A stretch of 64,000 nucleotides of DNA from Candidatus Daviesbacteria bacterium (GTDB lineage: Bacteria; Patescibacteriota; Microgenomatia; Daviesbacterales; UBA10151): NCBI GenBank assembly GCA_016184225.1, contig JACPDA010000004.1, forward strand, positions 6,800 to 70,799, read 5' to 3'. The position numbers and the translations under genes are program-made. Under the pieces are notes generated by a model that was not told the origin of the DNA, did no database searches, and saw nothing but the letters and a program-made list of their open reading frames with translations. Of the stretch, positions 1 to 11,552 are shown piece by piece (position 1 is the stretch's first letter; each line of letters opens with the position of its first letter).

Positions 1-272
1 CTGATGTAGATGGTATCTATACCAGTGATCCAAAAACAGATCAGACAGCCAAATTGATTCCGGAAATCAGTAACAAGAATTTTAATAAAGTTATAAAAGG
101 CCTAACTCCTACAAAAAGACACGATGTCACAGGAGAAATGCAAGGTAAGATTATTTCGCTTCAGCGTGGTCTAAAGGATGTACCTGTAGCGATTGTGAAT
201 GGGCTAAAAGCAAAGACCTTGCAGCAGGTGTTGATGCAAGCTTCAACCGGAACAAAGCTTCTTCTAAACTAA
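1..272 (+). CDS. Isopentenyl phosphate kinase-like (amino-acid kinase family), C-terminal part, truncated by window start
   Basis: DVDGIYTSDPK and HDVTGEMQGKI motifs; close to idi. Confidence 0.7.
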   Translation, partial: DVDGIYTSDPKTDQTAKLIPEISNKNFNKVIKGLTPTKRHDVTGEMQGKIISLQRGLKDVPVAIVNGLKAKTLQQVLMQASTGTKLLLN

Positions 273-834
273 TACCACTCTCGATCATATCAAACAGTTT
301 ATCTGGTATATAATCCTGTAAATCACCATACCTGTATACCTGCGGCGTATAACCAGCAGGATTTATTTTGTACGACAGATGGGCTTGAATCACTTTTCTT
401 GTGCCTGGCCTAATACCCAAATCTCCTACAGGAGCATTCAACACATCCTCAAATCTAGTCCACCCCAAGTCTGCAACTTCTTGCGACTCTGAACCGATTA
501 TTACATCTACATCCGGGGAAACTTCTAGCACTGATGCATGAAGAATCACTCCAGATCTTAATTCACATAAACAAAGTCTCGTAACTGCTCTAGGATCATA
601 CCTGAAGTTTTTAATCTGGATTTCCTCTCTTGTCAGTCTCTCAAAAGTCTGTGCATACTCTTCTCCGGGTTTAACCGTCTCCATGGGCAGAGTTAACATT
701 CCAGCTACTTTATGTGTAGATCTTTTACTCGTCAACTCTCTTAGCGTCAAAAATCCCCGACCAGGATCCTCAGGAACAACAATTAATGCACCCACACCTG
801 CGACTCTTCCCTCTAGCCCTTCTGTTCTGATCAT
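151..834 (-). CDS. NUDIX-like hydrolase
   Basis: Degenerate Nudix box LPMETVKPGEEYAQTFERLTREE; start overlaps idi stop. Confidence 0.55.
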   Translation of the reverse strand: MIRTEGLEGRVAGVGALIVVPEDPGRGFLTLRELTSKRSTHKVAGMLTLPMETVKPGEEYAQTFERLTREEIQIKNFRYDPRAVTRLCLCELRSGVILHASVLEVSPDVDVIIGSESQEVADLGWTRFEDVLNAPVGDLGIRPGTRKVIQAHLSYKINPAGYTPQVYRYGDLQDYIPDKLFDMIESGISLEEALFRLKLASTPAARSLLLAHSQSLQVHPLDHAEAK

Positions 835-1370
835 GCTTTAAAGAACCTTTCTTTTTTTAACAGTTCAACTGATTTGATTGCCCAAGGAGAATAATTTTTA
901 GGATGAGCTTCAATATCTTTCAAAAATTCCTGCATATCCACCCATTTGTAGCCATAACCTACCGCCAGGTTTAACTTAAACTGGCCGTTATACTCCCCGA
1001 TCAAAAGATAGCAATGCTCGTTCTCGCAAAGCCCATCGTATTTAGCAAAGTAATTAAATGCTCCCAGATTTTTTAATGTAATATTATCTATATCATACTC
1101 TACTTTAAGGCATCGTTGTGTTGCTTCTTCTAAAGTTTCATCAGTATTATTTCCCCTGTGCAGCGGATGAGTAGCTCCTGTCACATCCCAAATATTATCA
1201 AAAACCTGGTGTTTCCTTTTTTGCAGTAAAACTTGTCCTTTGTAGTTGTAAAGCAGCACAGCAATGGCCAGATGCCGCCTACCTTTTCCGGTATGACCTA
1301 CTTTTTTGGGAATATACTTACCACTAAATACACCTGCCCCATTGCAGGCTAAAATTAACTGATCGTCCAT
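831..1370 (-). CDS. idi: Isopentenyl-diphosphate delta-isomerase type 1
   Basis: RHLAIAV, WDVTGATHP, ENEHC, YSPW motifs. Confidence 0.8.
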   Translation of the reverse strand: MDDQLILACNGAGVFSGKYIPKKVGHTGKGRRHLAIAVLLYNYKGQVLLQKRKHQVFDNIWDVTGATHPLHRGNNTDETLEEATQRCLKVEYDIDNITLKNLGAFNYFAKYDGLCENEHCYLLIGEYNGQFKLNLAVGYGYKWVDMQEFLKDIEAHPKNYSPWAIKSVELLKKERFFKA

Positions 1371-1421
1371 ATCTACCTGTATATAATTAGTCGGGAGAAA
1401 CCCTAAAACCCCACGAAGTTT

Positions 1422-1684
1422 TTAAGAAATAACCTTAAGCTCTCTTCCAACTTTAGCAAAAGCCGCAATACCAAGATCCAAATCTTTTTTATCGTGGGCT
1501 GCAGAAGGTATCACACGAACTCTATCTTTTCCTTTGGCAACCATGGGGAAAACAATCGGTGTGGCAAAAACATCCAGCTCAAAAAGTTTAGCGCTAAACT
1601 CCCTGGCTAAATTCTCATCACCTAACACCACCGGAGTAATTGGAGTCTGAGAATGACCAGTATCAAATCCCAATTTCTGAAACT
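1422..1684 (-). pseudogene. Displaced 3' fragment of kbl (diverged direct repeat of 5382..5644)
   Basis: Near-identical peptide [15 protein letters not shown]...RELKVIS; no N-terminus. Confidence 0.9.
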
Positions 1685-1782
1685 AAGGATGTCGGAAAAG
1701 TGAAAGTAAAGCTTAAAGCATTAGACTTCGTCAAGGACATCATTGTAAATATTCCCGGAGAAGGTGCTAGGCTCTCACAAAA

Positions 1783-2067
1783 TCACCTTTTTGAAGTTTC
1801 CGAGTGAAGACAAGTAGAAGCTGGTTCCTTGCATTTAGAACAGGTTTTCTCGCTCTCACCTGTTCTTGCAGGACCACTAAAATAAATTGTGCCTACGGGT
1901 AATTTTTCTTTTTTGAGTAATTCTTTAATACTTTCAACGACCAACACTCTTCCAGAAGTCTGCGGCCTGCAAGGAGCGCAAGAACCGGCAAAAGGACAAC
2001 CTTCACACCCGCTTCTTGCCCGCATAGCCTTAACAGAACCTCTTTTCAGTATTTCAACTGCCGCCAT
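1783..2067 (-). CDS. Small Cys-rich hypothetical protein
   Basis: CEGCPFAGSCAPC and CSKCKEPASTC clusters; divergent from pflB. Confidence 0.5.
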   Translation of the reverse strand: MAAVEILKRGSVKAMRARSGCEGCPFAGSCAPCRPQTSGRVLVVESIKELLKKEKLPVGTIYFSGPARTGESEKTCSKCKEPASTCLHSETSKR

Positions 2068-2135
2068 AAACTGATATTATAACTCATCTCCAAAAATAGT
2101 GCCCCTATTTGAGCTAAAGATGATATACTCAGCAA

Positions 2136-4361
2136 ATGAACAAAGTTTTCCAAAAGGGTGAATGGGAAAAGGTAATCGATGTCAGAGATTTTTTATACCA
2201 CAACTTAATCCCCTACAGCGGAGGCGCAGAATTCTTAAAAGGCCCCTCAGAAAAAACCAAAAAGCTTTGGGATATTTGTAAAAATCTGCTTAAAAAAGAA
2301 GCTGCAGCAGGCGGAGTTTTAGATATTGACACCAAAACAATTGCAACTGCTGTCAGCCACAAACCAGGCTATATTAAAAAAGATCTTGAGCTTATTGTTG
2401 GTTTACAGACAAATGAGCCATTAAAAAGAGCTATAAAGCCCTACGGAGGCATCCAGGTGGTTGAGCAAGCCTGTGAGGACTACGGCAAAAAACTTGACCC
2501 AAAGGTAAAAAAGCTTTTTACTACATACCTAAAAAGCCACAATCAGGCTATATTTGATGCTTACACAGAAGAAATCAGAAAATACCGCTCAAGCGGCGTA
2601 ATTACAGGCTTGCCCGATAACTACGCCAGGGGCAGAATTATCGGTGACTACCGCCGGGTAACTTTATACGGCATAGACCGTTTAATTGAAGAAAAGAAAA
2701 AAGACCATGCCGGAAAAACAGGTTCCATGACAGATACGGAAATCAGGGAGCGCGAAGAAATTGGCGAAGAAATTCATGCCCTGGATTTAATTAAGGAGAT
2801 GGCTGCCTCATATGGCTTTGATTTAAGCAAACCGGCTCAAAATGCCAAGGAAGCAATCCAGTGGACTTATTTTGCCTACCTGGCAGCCTTAAAGGAGCAA
2901 GACGGCGCAGCTATCAGTCTAGGCTCTGTCAGCGGGTTTTTTGATATTTATATTGAAAAAGATATTGCCGAAGGAAACTTAACGCAGGAACAGGCCCAAG
3001 AGCTTATTGACCAGTTTATTATTAAACTGCGCCTGGTCAGACAGCTACGTATGAAAGAATATGACCAAATCTATGCCGGCGACCCAACCTGGTTGACTGA
3101 AAGCTTAGCCGGGATGTTTTTGGACGGCCGCCATAAGGTTACCAAAACCTCTTACAGGTTTCTGCAGTCGCTGTATAACCTTGGCGCCGCTCCCGAACCA
3201 AACATCACAGTGCTTTGGTCTGAAAAACTGTCGCAGAAGTTTAAGGAATTTTGCGCCAAGGTCTCTATAGATACATCTTCAATCCAATATGAAAATGACG
3301 ACTTAATGAGGGAAATTGCCAATTTTGATGATTACGGCATTTCCTGCTGCGTATCCCAACAAAAAATGGGATCGCAAATGCAGTATTTTGGCGCCCGGTC
3401 CAACCTCCCTAAAGTTTTGCTTTTGGCTCTAAACCAGGGCAAAGATGAAAATGCAGCTGTAGTTTTGGTACCGGGGATCAGTCCCCAACCAGAAAGAGCT
3501 TTGGATTTTAACAAGGTCATGGCAGAGTACAAAAAAACTCTTAGCTATGTAGTAAAAGTGTATGTAAATGCCATGAATATTATTCACTACATGCATGACA
3601 AGTATTATTTCGAACGGGTACAAATGGCTTTGCTGGACACTGACTTAGACAGATTAATGGCCTTTGGTATTGCCGGCTTATCAGTTGTGGCAGATTCCCT
3701 GTCTGCCATTAAATACGCCAAAGTAACACCTATCCGGGATGAAGATGGAATCACGAAAGACTTTGTTATAGAGGGGGATTTTCCAAAATACGGCAATGAC
3801 GATGACAGAGTTGATAACATTGCAAAAGAATTGGTTGACAGTTTCAATGAAGAACTAAAAAAACACCAAATCTACCGGGGCGCCAAGCCAACTTTGTCTG
3901 TACTGACAATTACCTCAAACGTGATGTACGGCAAAAAAACCGGCGCCACTCCTGATGGCAGAGCCAGCGGCGAACCTTTTGCCCCTGGTGCTAACCCCAT
4001 GCATGGCCGCGACAGCCGGGGCGCCATTGCCTCCTTAAATTCCGTAGCCAAAATTGATTATAAAAGTGCCAGGGATGGTGTTTCCAATACCTTTTCCATT
4101 GTTCCCCGGGCATTAGGCGCTACTAAAGAGGAACAAACCGATAACCTAGTGGCTTTAATTGATGGTTATTTTCATAAAAAGGCTCAACATCTAAATGTTA
4201 ATGTCCTAAACCGGGAAACCTTGCTTCGGGCTATGGCCCATCCTGAAGAATACCCCCAACTCACCATCAGAGTCTCAGGATATGCTGTTAATTTTGTTAA
4301 ACTCTCCCGCGAACACCAACAGGAAGTTCTGGCCAGAACCTTCTTTGAGTCAATGAAGTGA
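2136..4361 (+). CDS. pflB: Pyruvate formate-lyase
   Basis: ISCCVS catalytic cysteines and IRVSGYAV glycyl-radical motif. Confidence 0.97.
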   Translation: MNKVFQKGEWEKVIDVRDFLYHNLIPYSGGAEFLKGPSEKTKKLWDICKNLLKKEAAAGGVLDIDTKTIATAVSHKPGYIKKDLELIVGLQTNEPLKRAIKPYGGIQVVEQACEDYGKKLDPKVKKLFTTYLKSHNQAIFDAYTEEIRKYRSSGVITGLPDNYARGRIIGDYRRVTLYGIDRLIEEKKKDHAGKTGSMTDTEIREREEIGEEIHALDLIKEMAASYGFDLSKPAQNAKEAIQWTYFAYLAALKEQDGAAISLGSVSGFFDIYIEKDIAEGNLTQEQAQELIDQFIIKLRLVRQLRMKEYDQIYAGDPTWLTESLAGMFLDGRHKVTKTSYRFLQSLYNLGAAPEPNITVLWSEKLSQKFKEFCAKVSIDTSSIQYENDDLMREIANFDDYGISCCVSQQKMGSQMQYFGARSNLPKVLLLALNQGKDENAAVVLVPGISPQPERALDFNKVMAEYKKTLSYVVKVYVNAMNIIHYMHDKYYFERVQMALLDTDLDRLMAFGIAGLSVVADSLSAIKYAKVTPIRDEDGITKDFVIEGDFPKYGNDDDRVDNIAKELVDSFNEELKKHQIYRGAKPTLSVLTITSNVMYGKKTGATPDGRASGEPFAPGANPMHGRDSRGAIASLNSVAKIDYKSARDGVSNTFSIVPRALGATKEEQTDNLVALIDGYFHKKAQHLNVNVLNRETLLRAMAHPEEYPQLTIRVSGYAVNFVKLSREHQQEVLARTFFESMK

Positions 4362-4369
4362 CGTTTTAC

Positions 4370-4439
4370 GTCATCCTGAACTTGATTCAGGATCCATACA
4401 ATTATTTATATAGCTCCCCCGATTAAATCGGGGGATGAC
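4370..4439. repeat. GTCAT...ATGAC palindromic element (family A), intergenic
   Basis: gtcatcctgaacttgattcaggatc...ccccgattaaatcggggatgac. Confidence 0.8.
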
Positions 4440-4450
4440 AAAGAAAAATT

Positions 4451-5176
4451 ATGCTGCAAGTTCACTCCATTGAAACATTCGGCACCCACGAGGGACCGGG
4501 CATCAGGCTGGTTATCTTCATGCAGGGGTGCAATTTCCGCTGCCTGTATTGTCATAACCCCGATACCCGTTCTTTAAAAGGCGGCACAAAAATGAGTTCC
4601 GAAGAAATCATTGAGCTTTTAAAAAAGCAAAAGCCTTATTTTAAAGATACAGGGGGTCTGACTGTTTCCGGCGGAGAATCCCTGCTGCAAAGGAAAGCTT
4701 TACTTGATCTTTTTACCAAAGCCAAAAAGCTAGGTTTCAATACTACCCTGGACACCAATGGTTCTATTCTTGATGATGATACCAAAAAACTTCTAGAAGT
4801 AACTGATTTGGTATTACTGGATGTTAAACACATCGACCCGGTCTGGCATCAGACAGTTACCAGCGCTTCTAATGAACCAACGCTTAGGTTTGCCAAATAT
4901 CTGAAAGAAATCAATAAGTCAATGTGGCTACGCTATGTTTTAGTCCCCGGCTACACTAACCAAAAAGAATTCTTAGAAAAATGGGGTGCCCATTTTAAGG
5001 ATTATAAAAACATTGACAGGGTAGAAATTCTACCCTTCCATACCTATGGATTTTACAAATACAAAGAACTAGGCATTGAAAACCCGCTGTCAGATTGTCC
5101 TGTTCCTACTGAAAAAGAAATTCAGGAAGCTCTGACTATTTTCGAGAAATACTTCAAATCAGTATATGTCAGATAA
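4451..5176 (+). CDS. pflA: PFL-activating radical SAM enzyme
   Basis: GPGIR, CNFRCLYCHNPDT; follows pflB. Confidence 0.96.
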   Translation: MLQVHSIETFGTHEGPGIRLVIFMQGCNFRCLYCHNPDTRSLKGGTKMSSEEIIELLKKQKPYFKDTGGLTVSGGESLLQRKALLDLFTKAKKLGFNTTLDTNGSILDDDTKKLLEVTDLVLLDVKHIDPVWHQTVTSASNEPTLRFAKYLKEINKSMWLRYVLVPGYTNQKEFLEKWGAHFKDYKNIDRVEILPFHTYGFYKYKELGIENPLSDCPVPTEKEIQEALTIFEKYFKSVYVR

Positions 5177-5381
5177 ACCCCACGGCCCTAACCCGTATGA
5201 TACAATATAGTCATGGAAAATATGGATAATGGCCCAGTTGCCATAATTAAAAAGATTGCTAATCCATTCCGTAGGAATGGTGAAAGATCGAAAATCCCTT
5301 CCACCCCCGATCTTTCAGACCATCAGCCGACTCTACAAGAGCCGGGGATTTTAGGTGACTTTCTCAAAAGCGAATATCCAC

Positions 5382-6581
5382 CTAAGAAATAACCTTAAGC
5401 TCTCTTCCAACTTTAGCAAAAGCTGCAATGCCAAGATCCAAATCTTTTTTATCATGGGCTGCAGAGGGTATCACACGAACTCTATCTTTTCCCTTGGGAA
5501 CCATGGGGAAAACAATCGGTGTGGCAAAAACATCCAATTCAAAAAGCTTGGCGCTAAACTGCCTGGCTAAATTCTCATCAGGTAGCATCACCGGAGTAAT
5601 TGGTGTCTGGGAGTGGCCGGTATCAAATCCTAACTTTTTAAACTCTTCCCGTAGGTAATTAGTATTATCCCACAGCTTCTTAACCAGCTCATCTGATTCT
5701 TCCAGAATTTTAACTCCTTCCAAAACTGCGGCTGTATCCGCAATTGTTAAAGCATTTGAAAATAAAAATTGCCTGGCTTTTTGCTTGTAAAAATTAATCA
5801 AGGTGGCTTTCCCGGTGATAAAGCCACCCATCACAGAAAAAGCTTTGGACAGTGTCCCCATTTCAATATCCACCTGCCCATGAAGATTAAAATGATCAAC
5901 AATACCCCGGCCGCCTTTACCCAATACCCCTTCCCCATGTGCATCATCAACCATAGTTAAAACCCCATACTTTTTAGCCAGTTCCACAATTTGCGGCAGC
6001 GGCGCTAAATCTCCATCCATAGAAAAAACACCATCTGTCACAATTAAAATTACAGGCTCCTCTCCATTCTCTTTTGGGGTCTTTTGCAACTCCACCGCCT
6101 CTTTAAGCCGCTCTTCCAGCTCACCCATATCCAAATGTTTGTAGATAAACTTATTTTTAACCTGGGACAGCCGGATCGCATCAATAATAGAAGCATGGTT
6201 TAGCTCATCGGAGATCACAATATCTTCTTTGCCAATAATGGTAGCAATGGCCGCGCAATTGGCCATGTAGCCGCCGGTTAAGACAATAGCCGCCTCAGCT
6301 CCCTTAAACCGGGCTAGAGCTTCTTCCAGTTGAACATGCAAGGTATGAGTACCTGCCAGAGTCCGGTAACCTGTGCCGATACCGTATTTATCCACTGCCT
6401 CTTTGACAGCTTCTTTTAGTCTATCATCTACAGCCAACCCTAAATAATGGCTGGAGCAAAAATTCAGTTTTTTCTTCCCATTAATGGTAAGGTACGCCCC
6501 TTCCCCTGATTCAATCACATAAGGAATTTTGCCACTTTTCACTGCTTCTGCAAGATTGCGATAGAAGTCCGTAGTATTCAT
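5382..6581 (-). CDS. kbl: Glycine C-acetyltransferase
   Basis: [23 protein letters not shown]; coupled to tdh. Confidence 0.9.
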   Translation of the reverse strand: MNTTDFYRNLAEAVKSGKIPYVIESGEGAYLTINGKKKLNFCSSHYLGLAVDDRLKEAVKEAVDKYGIGTGYRTLAGTHTLHVQLEEALARFKGAEAAIVLTGGYMANCAAIATIIGKEDIVISDELNHASIIDAIRLSQVKNKFIYKHLDMGELEERLKEAVELQKTPKENGEEPVILIVTDGVFSMDGDLAPLPQIVELAKKYGVLTMVDDAHGEGVLGKGGRGIVDHFNLHGQVDIEMGTLSKAFSVMGGFITGKATLINFYKQKARQFLFSNALTIADTAAVLEGVKILEESDELVKKLWDNTNYLREEFKKLGFDTGHSQTPITPVMLPDENLARQFSAKLFELDVFATPIVFPMVPKGKDRVRVIPSAAHDKKDLDLGIAAFAKVGRELKVIS

Positions 6582-7600
6582 GGCTCCAGAATTATTTTAC
6601 CGCATTGCCTGCTTTTCATCACCGCCATGGCTTTATCAAAATCTTTTAAGCGAAATTTATGGGTAATGATTTTAGATAAATCAACTTTACCTGATTTCAA
6701 AAGGTCTGTGGTCTGGTGCCAAGTTTTCCAAAGCTGCCTGCCAAACACCGAACGGATAATCAGCTCTTTATTTATTAAGTATTTGCCCCAATCGATAGAA
6801 ATATTCTCCTTAGGTATACCAAAGGCTATAATCGTACCGGCGATCCTGACTGCATCAAAAGCTACCTCTATCCCTAACCTATTACCGCTCATCTCCAAAA
6901 CGGTGTCAAAACTGTTATGTTCTTTAATATCCAACACATCCACTACCCTATCAAACCAGCCGGTTTTCATGGCTAATTTCCGTCTGTAAGGCTCATCATT
7001 TACCCCCACCACTTCTTTGGCGCCGGTGGCCCGGGCCACTCCTCCCGCACAAAGTCCGGTTGGCCCCAGCCCCATAATTAAGACTTTTTTACCTTTGACT
7101 TTGGCTTTACCCACTGCATTGACAGCATTACCCAAAGGTTCCTGAACACTCATCGCCTCAATCGAGATGGCAGGATCATTCTTCCAGGTAGTTCGCAAAG
7201 GAATGGTGGCATACTCGGCATAAGCCCCATCCCGACCGATGCCAAAAAGCTGGATATTTTCGCAGACATGGTAATTTTTAATCTTGCATTGGAAACAGTT
7301 TAGGCAGAAGATGTGAGTTTCAGAAGAAACCAAATCCCCGACTTTTATATCGGTTTTTTGTTTTGTATTAACTTTTAAAACTTTTCCTACCATCTCGTGA
7401 CCGATGATTGTTGGTGGTTTAATATGAGCGGCTGCCCAGGGAATCCAGTCATAAATGCCGATGTCCGTGCCGCAAATTGAAGCGTAAATTACTTTGACCA
7501 AAACCTCATCTTTACCTGGTTTTGGAATGGGGACTTTTTTTATTACAACACCGGGAGCAGCACTAACTTTAACAACCGCCAGCATTAAATTTTTCTGCAT
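6578..7600 (-). CDS. tdh: L-threonine 3-dehydrogenase-like Zn dehydrogenase
   Basis: SICGTD, GHE, SETH, four structural Cys; adjacent to kbl. Confidence 0.85.
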   Translation of the reverse strand: MQKNLMLAVVKVSAAPGVVIKKVPIPKPGKDEVLVKVIYASICGTDIGIYDWIPWAAAHIKPPTIIGHEMVGKVLKVNTKQKTDIKVGDLVSSETHIFCLNCFQCKIKNYHVCENIQLFGIGRDGAYAEYATIPLRTTWKNDPAISIEAMSVQEPLGNAVNAVGKAKVKGKKVLIMGLGPTGLCAGGVARATGAKEVVGVNDEPYRRKLAMKTGWFDRVVDVLDIKEHNSFDTVLEMSGNRLGIEVAFDAVRIAGTIIAFGIPKENISIDWGKYLINKELIIRSVFGRQLWKTWHQTTDLLKSGKVDLSKIITHKFRLKDFDKAMAVMKSRQCGKIILEP

Positions 7601-7732
7601 AAATAATCTTGGGCTATAAGATTACCATGATAGCATTGAAAAGCTCGTTACACAAGAGGATAGGCTGTTATTCCTGCAGCTGCCCAGGGGGTATATCTTT
7701 TGGGAAAACCGCTAAAATAATTTGGCTATCAC

Positions 7733-8500
7733 TCATACACGGCCTTCCAGAACAGAAATGACCAGATATACCACTACTACTCCCAAAAGGAGCATTATAG
7801 TTTCCCAAAAGGCCACTTTCTGATTATCCCGGTTATGTATTTCCGGGATCAGATTTGCTAAAGCAATATAGATAAAAAAGCCGGAGGTAAGAGCCAAAAT
7901 AATAGGCAAGAATTTCTCAATACTGCCTTGATACAAATAAATCAAGATAGCTCCTGCTAAAGCTGAAAGAGCGCTAAAAAGATTGATCAAAAGCACCTTT
8001 TTTCTTTCTAAGCCCTTGTTAAGCATCAGCCCAAAGTCCCCTATCTCTTGTGGGATCTCATGAGCTGCCACTGCCAAAGAAGTCACAATCCCTAAAGGAA
8101 TGCTGATTAAAAAAGTAGCAGCAATGGCCATGCCATCGGTAAAATTATGCAGCGTATCTCCGATCACCACCAAAGGGATGATTGATTTTTTTTCTTCTTT
8201 AAGGACACTGGTGTGATCGTGATGATGGTGGATAAACCGCTCAAGTAAGAAAAAGATCAGGATGCCTAAAAGAATCCAAAGCGGCAAATTTATATCCAGT
8301 CCTCCTTCTTCCATATATCCCGTAGCCTCCGGCAGCAGATCAAAAAAGGCAGCAGAAAGCAGCGCTCCGGCTGCAAATGAAGATAAATAATGGGAAATAG
8401 AAAGAGCAAACTTTTGTTTAACTAGCAGCAGTATTCCGCCAATTAAAGACACCACACTGCCTATTAAAGTAAAGATGATGATGTATGCTAAAATCCCCAT
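7733..8500 (-). CDS. ZIP family metal transporter
   Basis: HNFTDG, HEIPQEIGDF, His-rich loop. Confidence 0.92.
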   Translation of the reverse strand: MGILAYIIIFTLIGSVVSLIGGILLLVKQKFALSISHYLSSFAAGALLSAAFFDLLPEATGYMEEGGLDINLPLWILLGILIFFLLERFIHHHHDHTSVLKEEKKSIIPLVVIGDTLHNFTDGMAIAATFLISIPLGIVTSLAVAAHEIPQEIGDFGLMLNKGLERKKVLLINLFSALSALAGAILIYLYQGSIEKFLPIILALTSGFFIYIALANLIPEIHNRDNQKVAFWETIMLLLGVVVVYLVISVLEGRV

Positions 8501-8502
8501 TT

Positions 8503-9249
8503 TTAAAGCAGCGGATCTATGACGGCCTGGAAGGCAGAATATGGTTGGGCGCCGACTATAATCGTACCGGTAATAGTGCCTGAGGGATCTGATTTTCCCA
8601 CAAAGAAACTCGGTGTGCCGGAAACTCCGGCCGCACTGCCATCAGCCACATCTTTTTTAATCTCTTCCGCATACTTTTCCGAATCAGCACAAGATTTCAA
8701 ATTTGCCTTGTTTAACCCCAAATCAGCAGCGAATTGGTAGACCTCGTCTTTTGTTAACCCGTTGCCGTTAGATTTGGTTTTGGTAAATATGCTGTTGTGG
8801 AATTTAAAGTAAGCGCTATCTCCCCCTTGTTCCTTAGCACAGTTGGCAGCCCCAGCTTCAAAGGTGGCCATGGGATCATGGAAAGGCAGAGGATAATCGC
8901 GAAAAACCATCTTCACTTTACCCGTATCTATGTAATCTTTTTTTAAAGAAGGGTAGACTTGGTCGAAGTGTCTTTTACAAAAAGGGCATTCATAATCAGA
9001 AAATTCTATCAAGGTTACTTTGGCATCTTTACTGCCCAAAACCGGATCATCATCTAAAGACACTTTGACTGAAGTTGGTTGCTGGGGAGCTTGTGGGACT
9101 TGCGGAGAAGCTACCGGGGCAGTGATTTTCGTACCGGCTGTCTTAGGGGCAATTTTAATAATTCCCCCGTGAATTAAGATAGCGATTGAAATAAGTACTG
9201 ATCCTAACAGAATAGACATCGGGATCGTTAAAAAGGAGTTGCGTTCCAT
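8503..9249 (-). CDS. DsbA-family thiol-disulfide oxidoreductase
   Basis: EFSDYECPFC, GTP cis-Pro motif, N-terminal TM. Confidence 0.92.
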   Translation of the reverse strand: MERNSFLTIPMSILLGSVLISIAILIHGGIIKIAPKTAGTKITAPVASPQVPQAPQQPTSVKVSLDDDPVLGSKDAKVTLIEFSDYECPFCKRHFDQVYPSLKKDYIDTGKVKMVFRDYPLPFHDPMATFEAGAANCAKEQGGDSAYFKFHNSIFTKTKSNGNGLTKDEVYQFAADLGLNKANLKSCADSEKYAEEIKKDVADGSAAGVSGTPSFFVGKSDPSGTITGTIIVGAQPYSAFQAVIDPLL

Positions 9250-9302
9250 TGTCCTTTAGTCTAAAGAGAAAAATGATCACTGTCAAGAATGGAAACTTTT
9301 AG

Positions 9303-9449
9303 AAGCAGCGAAATCACAAGTAAACAAAAAATGTTGAGGATTTTGTGCTAACTGCCCCCATGCCATCAGATTAATGGTATCCACAAAATACTCACAAGCG
9401 AGCAAGTCTCTACTGTGCGAGCGATTTTTTGTACTGTGACGAGCTGCTT
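9303..9449. repeat. About 147-bp structured intergenic repeat (family D), copy 1
   Basis: Shares blocks with 35915..36062; complementary ends. Confidence 0.8.
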
Positions 9450-9451
9450 AC

Positions 9452-10027
9452 CTAATTATACTGATTTTGGGCTTTTTCTAAACCCTTTTCCAAAAGCAAA
9501 TTAAGCGCTTTGATTGCTTGTTTCATTATATGCTTAACCTGATGCTTTTCTGATTGCACAAAAGGCTCCAACACAAACTTTTCCACCACTCCTGTGGCCG
9601 GGCCAATTCCCAATCTCACTCTTATAAATTGGTCTGTCCCTAAGGCTGCAATAATAGATTCCACTCCATGATGCCCGGCTGCTGCCCCACCCATCCTGAT
9701 TTTAATTTTACCTAAAGGAAGGTCTAAATCGTCATGGACCACAATAAGGTCAGTAGTTGGTAGCTTGTAGTAAGTAGTCAGGAGTTTAATAGCCATACCA
9801 GAATTATTCATATAAGTTTGGGGTTTAGCCAGAATAAGTGACAAGTGATTAGTGCTAAGTGATAAGTCAAGGCGCAGAATTTCAGATTTAAACTTTTCTT
9901 TGTACTCCCACTTTGCACTTTGCACTTTGCACTTTGCACTTAACTCCTCCACCACCATAAAGCCTAAATTATGCCTGACACCAGCATATTTTTCTCCCGG
10001 GTTTCCCAGTCCCACTATTAGTTTCAC
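9452..10027 (-). CDS. pth: Peptidyl-tRNA hydrolase
   Basis: GLGNPG, RHNLG, KPQTYMN, HDDLD. Confidence 0.97.
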   Translation of the reverse strand: MKLIVGLGNPGEKYAGVRHNLGFMVVEELSAKCKVQSAKWEYKEKFKSEILRLDLSLSTNHLSLILAKPQTYMNNSGMAIKLLTTYYKLPTTDLIVVHDDLDLPLGKIKIRMGGAAAGHHGVESIIAALGTDQFIRVRLGIGPATGVVEKFVLEPFVQSEKHQVKHIMKQAIKALNLLLEKGLEKAQNQYN

Positions 10028-10806
10028 TTCTTAAGTGCCTCCAGGATTTGCTCATGTATCAAACCATTTGAAGCTACAATATTTAATCTCTCCTTAGTCC
10101 AATCCGGCTCATTACCTGCAAAATCACTCACTTTCCCACCGGCTTCTCTGACAATTACCGCTCCTGCCGCAAAATCCCATTGCCATCCTTGAGCCACATA
10201 CCCGTCTAAAGCCCCTGTGCCAACTAGCGCCAAGATTCCTGCCGCCGGTCCGAACGAATAAGGATATCCCGCCTTCAAGGCCAATAGGTTAACATAACTT
10301 TCTATTTTTTGTTTCCGTCTAGCCTTATGGCCAAAATCCAGATCAATAACTGCCCCGTCAAGGTTTTTCTCCCGACTGACTCGAATAGTTTTGCCATTAA
10401 GATATGCCCCCAGACCTTCCTGGGCAAAATATAAATCCTGCGAGTAAACATCATTGATAACGCCTAGAATAGGCTTATTACTCTTTAACAGGCCGATTGA
10501 TACCGCAAAGAATGGGAGGCCATGCGCATAAGAGATAGTGCCATCCAAAGGATCAACAACCCAAGTATATTCGGATCCTTTATTTATTTTATTTTTTTCT
10601 TCTGCAATAATGTTATGTGTCGGAAAGTTTTTGGATAAGATCTCAACAATTTTTTCTTCTGATTCAAGATCTGCATATGTAGCAAAATCGCTTTTATCTT
10701 CATTTTTTAAGCTTAAGCTTAAACTCCTGCCGGAATATTTTTGTATTATTTTTCCAGCCTCTATAGCTGCCTGTTTGGCTACTTTTAAAAAATTATCTTC
10801 ACTCAT
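10024..10806 (-). CDS. suhB: Inositol monophosphatase family
   Basis: WVVDPLDGT, WDFAAG. Confidence 0.85.
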   Translation of the reverse strand: MSEDNFLKVAKQAAIEAGKIIQKYSGRSLSLSLKNEDKSDFATYADLESEEKIVEILSKNFPTHNIIAEEKNKINKGSEYTWVVDPLDGTISYAHGLPFFAVSIGLLKSNKPILGVINDVYSQDLYFAQEGLGAYLNGKTIRVSREKNLDGAVIDLDFGHKARRKQKIESYVNLLALKAGYPYSFGPAAGILALVGTGALDGYVAQGWQWDFAAGAVIVREAGGKVSDFAGNEPDWTKERLNIVASNGLIHEQILEALKK

Positions 10807-10829
10807 AGATGTGGTCGCGCAAGCGGTTT

Positions 10830-11465
10830 TTACTGCCGTGACGAGCTAGCTTCTAATAAGTATATCACCTCTTTATCTGTCACAGGCTCAAATTGATGAT
10901 AAAACTGACCCACAGCCTGGAAATATTCAGGCGCCTCCAGTACTACACTCTGATCAACTTGCCCTTCCACCTTTCTTAGGGCATCTTGACTTGCAACAGG
11001 TACAGCCAATACTATCCTTGCTCCGTGTCTTTTTAGATATTTGATGGCTGAAAGAACTGTAGCTCCGGTGGCTATTCCATCATCTATCAAGATGGCCGTT
11101 TTGCCATTTACATCCAAGAGGGATCTACCGTTTCGATATAAATCTTCCCTTCTTTTAAGTTCTTTCCACTGATCGAGAACCTCTAGTTTCAGATCGTCAA
11201 TCTTAAGTCCTAAATCACTTAAAAGCCTATCTTCCCAGACCACTTCCCCGTCAGGATCAACTGCACCTAAAGCTAACTCCTCCTGACCAGGAGCACCAAT
11301 TTTGCGGGTGACTACAATATCCAAGGGCAAATTTAAATCTTTGGCAATTTCAGCAGCCACCACCACCCCGCCTCTGGGAATACCTAAAACAAGATCAGCT
11401 TTGATATCTTTCAATCTATTTGCCAGCAACTGCCCGGCAGATTGTCGATCCTTAAAGATCTTCAT
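10830..11465 (-). CDS. Phosphoribosyltransferase
   Basis: GIPRGG, LIDDGIATG. Confidence 0.9.
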   Translation of the reverse strand: MKIFKDRQSAGQLLANRLKDIKADLVLGIPRGGVVVAAEIAKDLNLPLDIVVTRKIGAPGQEELALGAVDPDGEVVWEDRLLSDLGLKIDDLKLEVLDQWKELKRREDLYRNGRSLLDVNGKTAILIDDGIATGATVLSAIKYLKRHGARIVLAVPVASQDALRKVEGQVDQSVVLEAPEYFQAVGQFYHQFEPVTDKEVIYLLEASSSRQ

Positions 11466-11467
11466 AA

Positions 11468-11549
11468 ATAGCTTTCAGTCATCAGCTATCAGCTTTCAGA
11501 CTTAAAATTGCAATAGTCTGACGACTGAAGACTGAAAGCTGACGACTAT
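11468..11549. repeat. Inverted heptamer-array hairpin, intergenic
   Basis: (TCAGNYW)n arm, short spacer, (NRRCTGA)n arm. Confidence 0.85.
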
Positions 11550-11552
11550 TTC

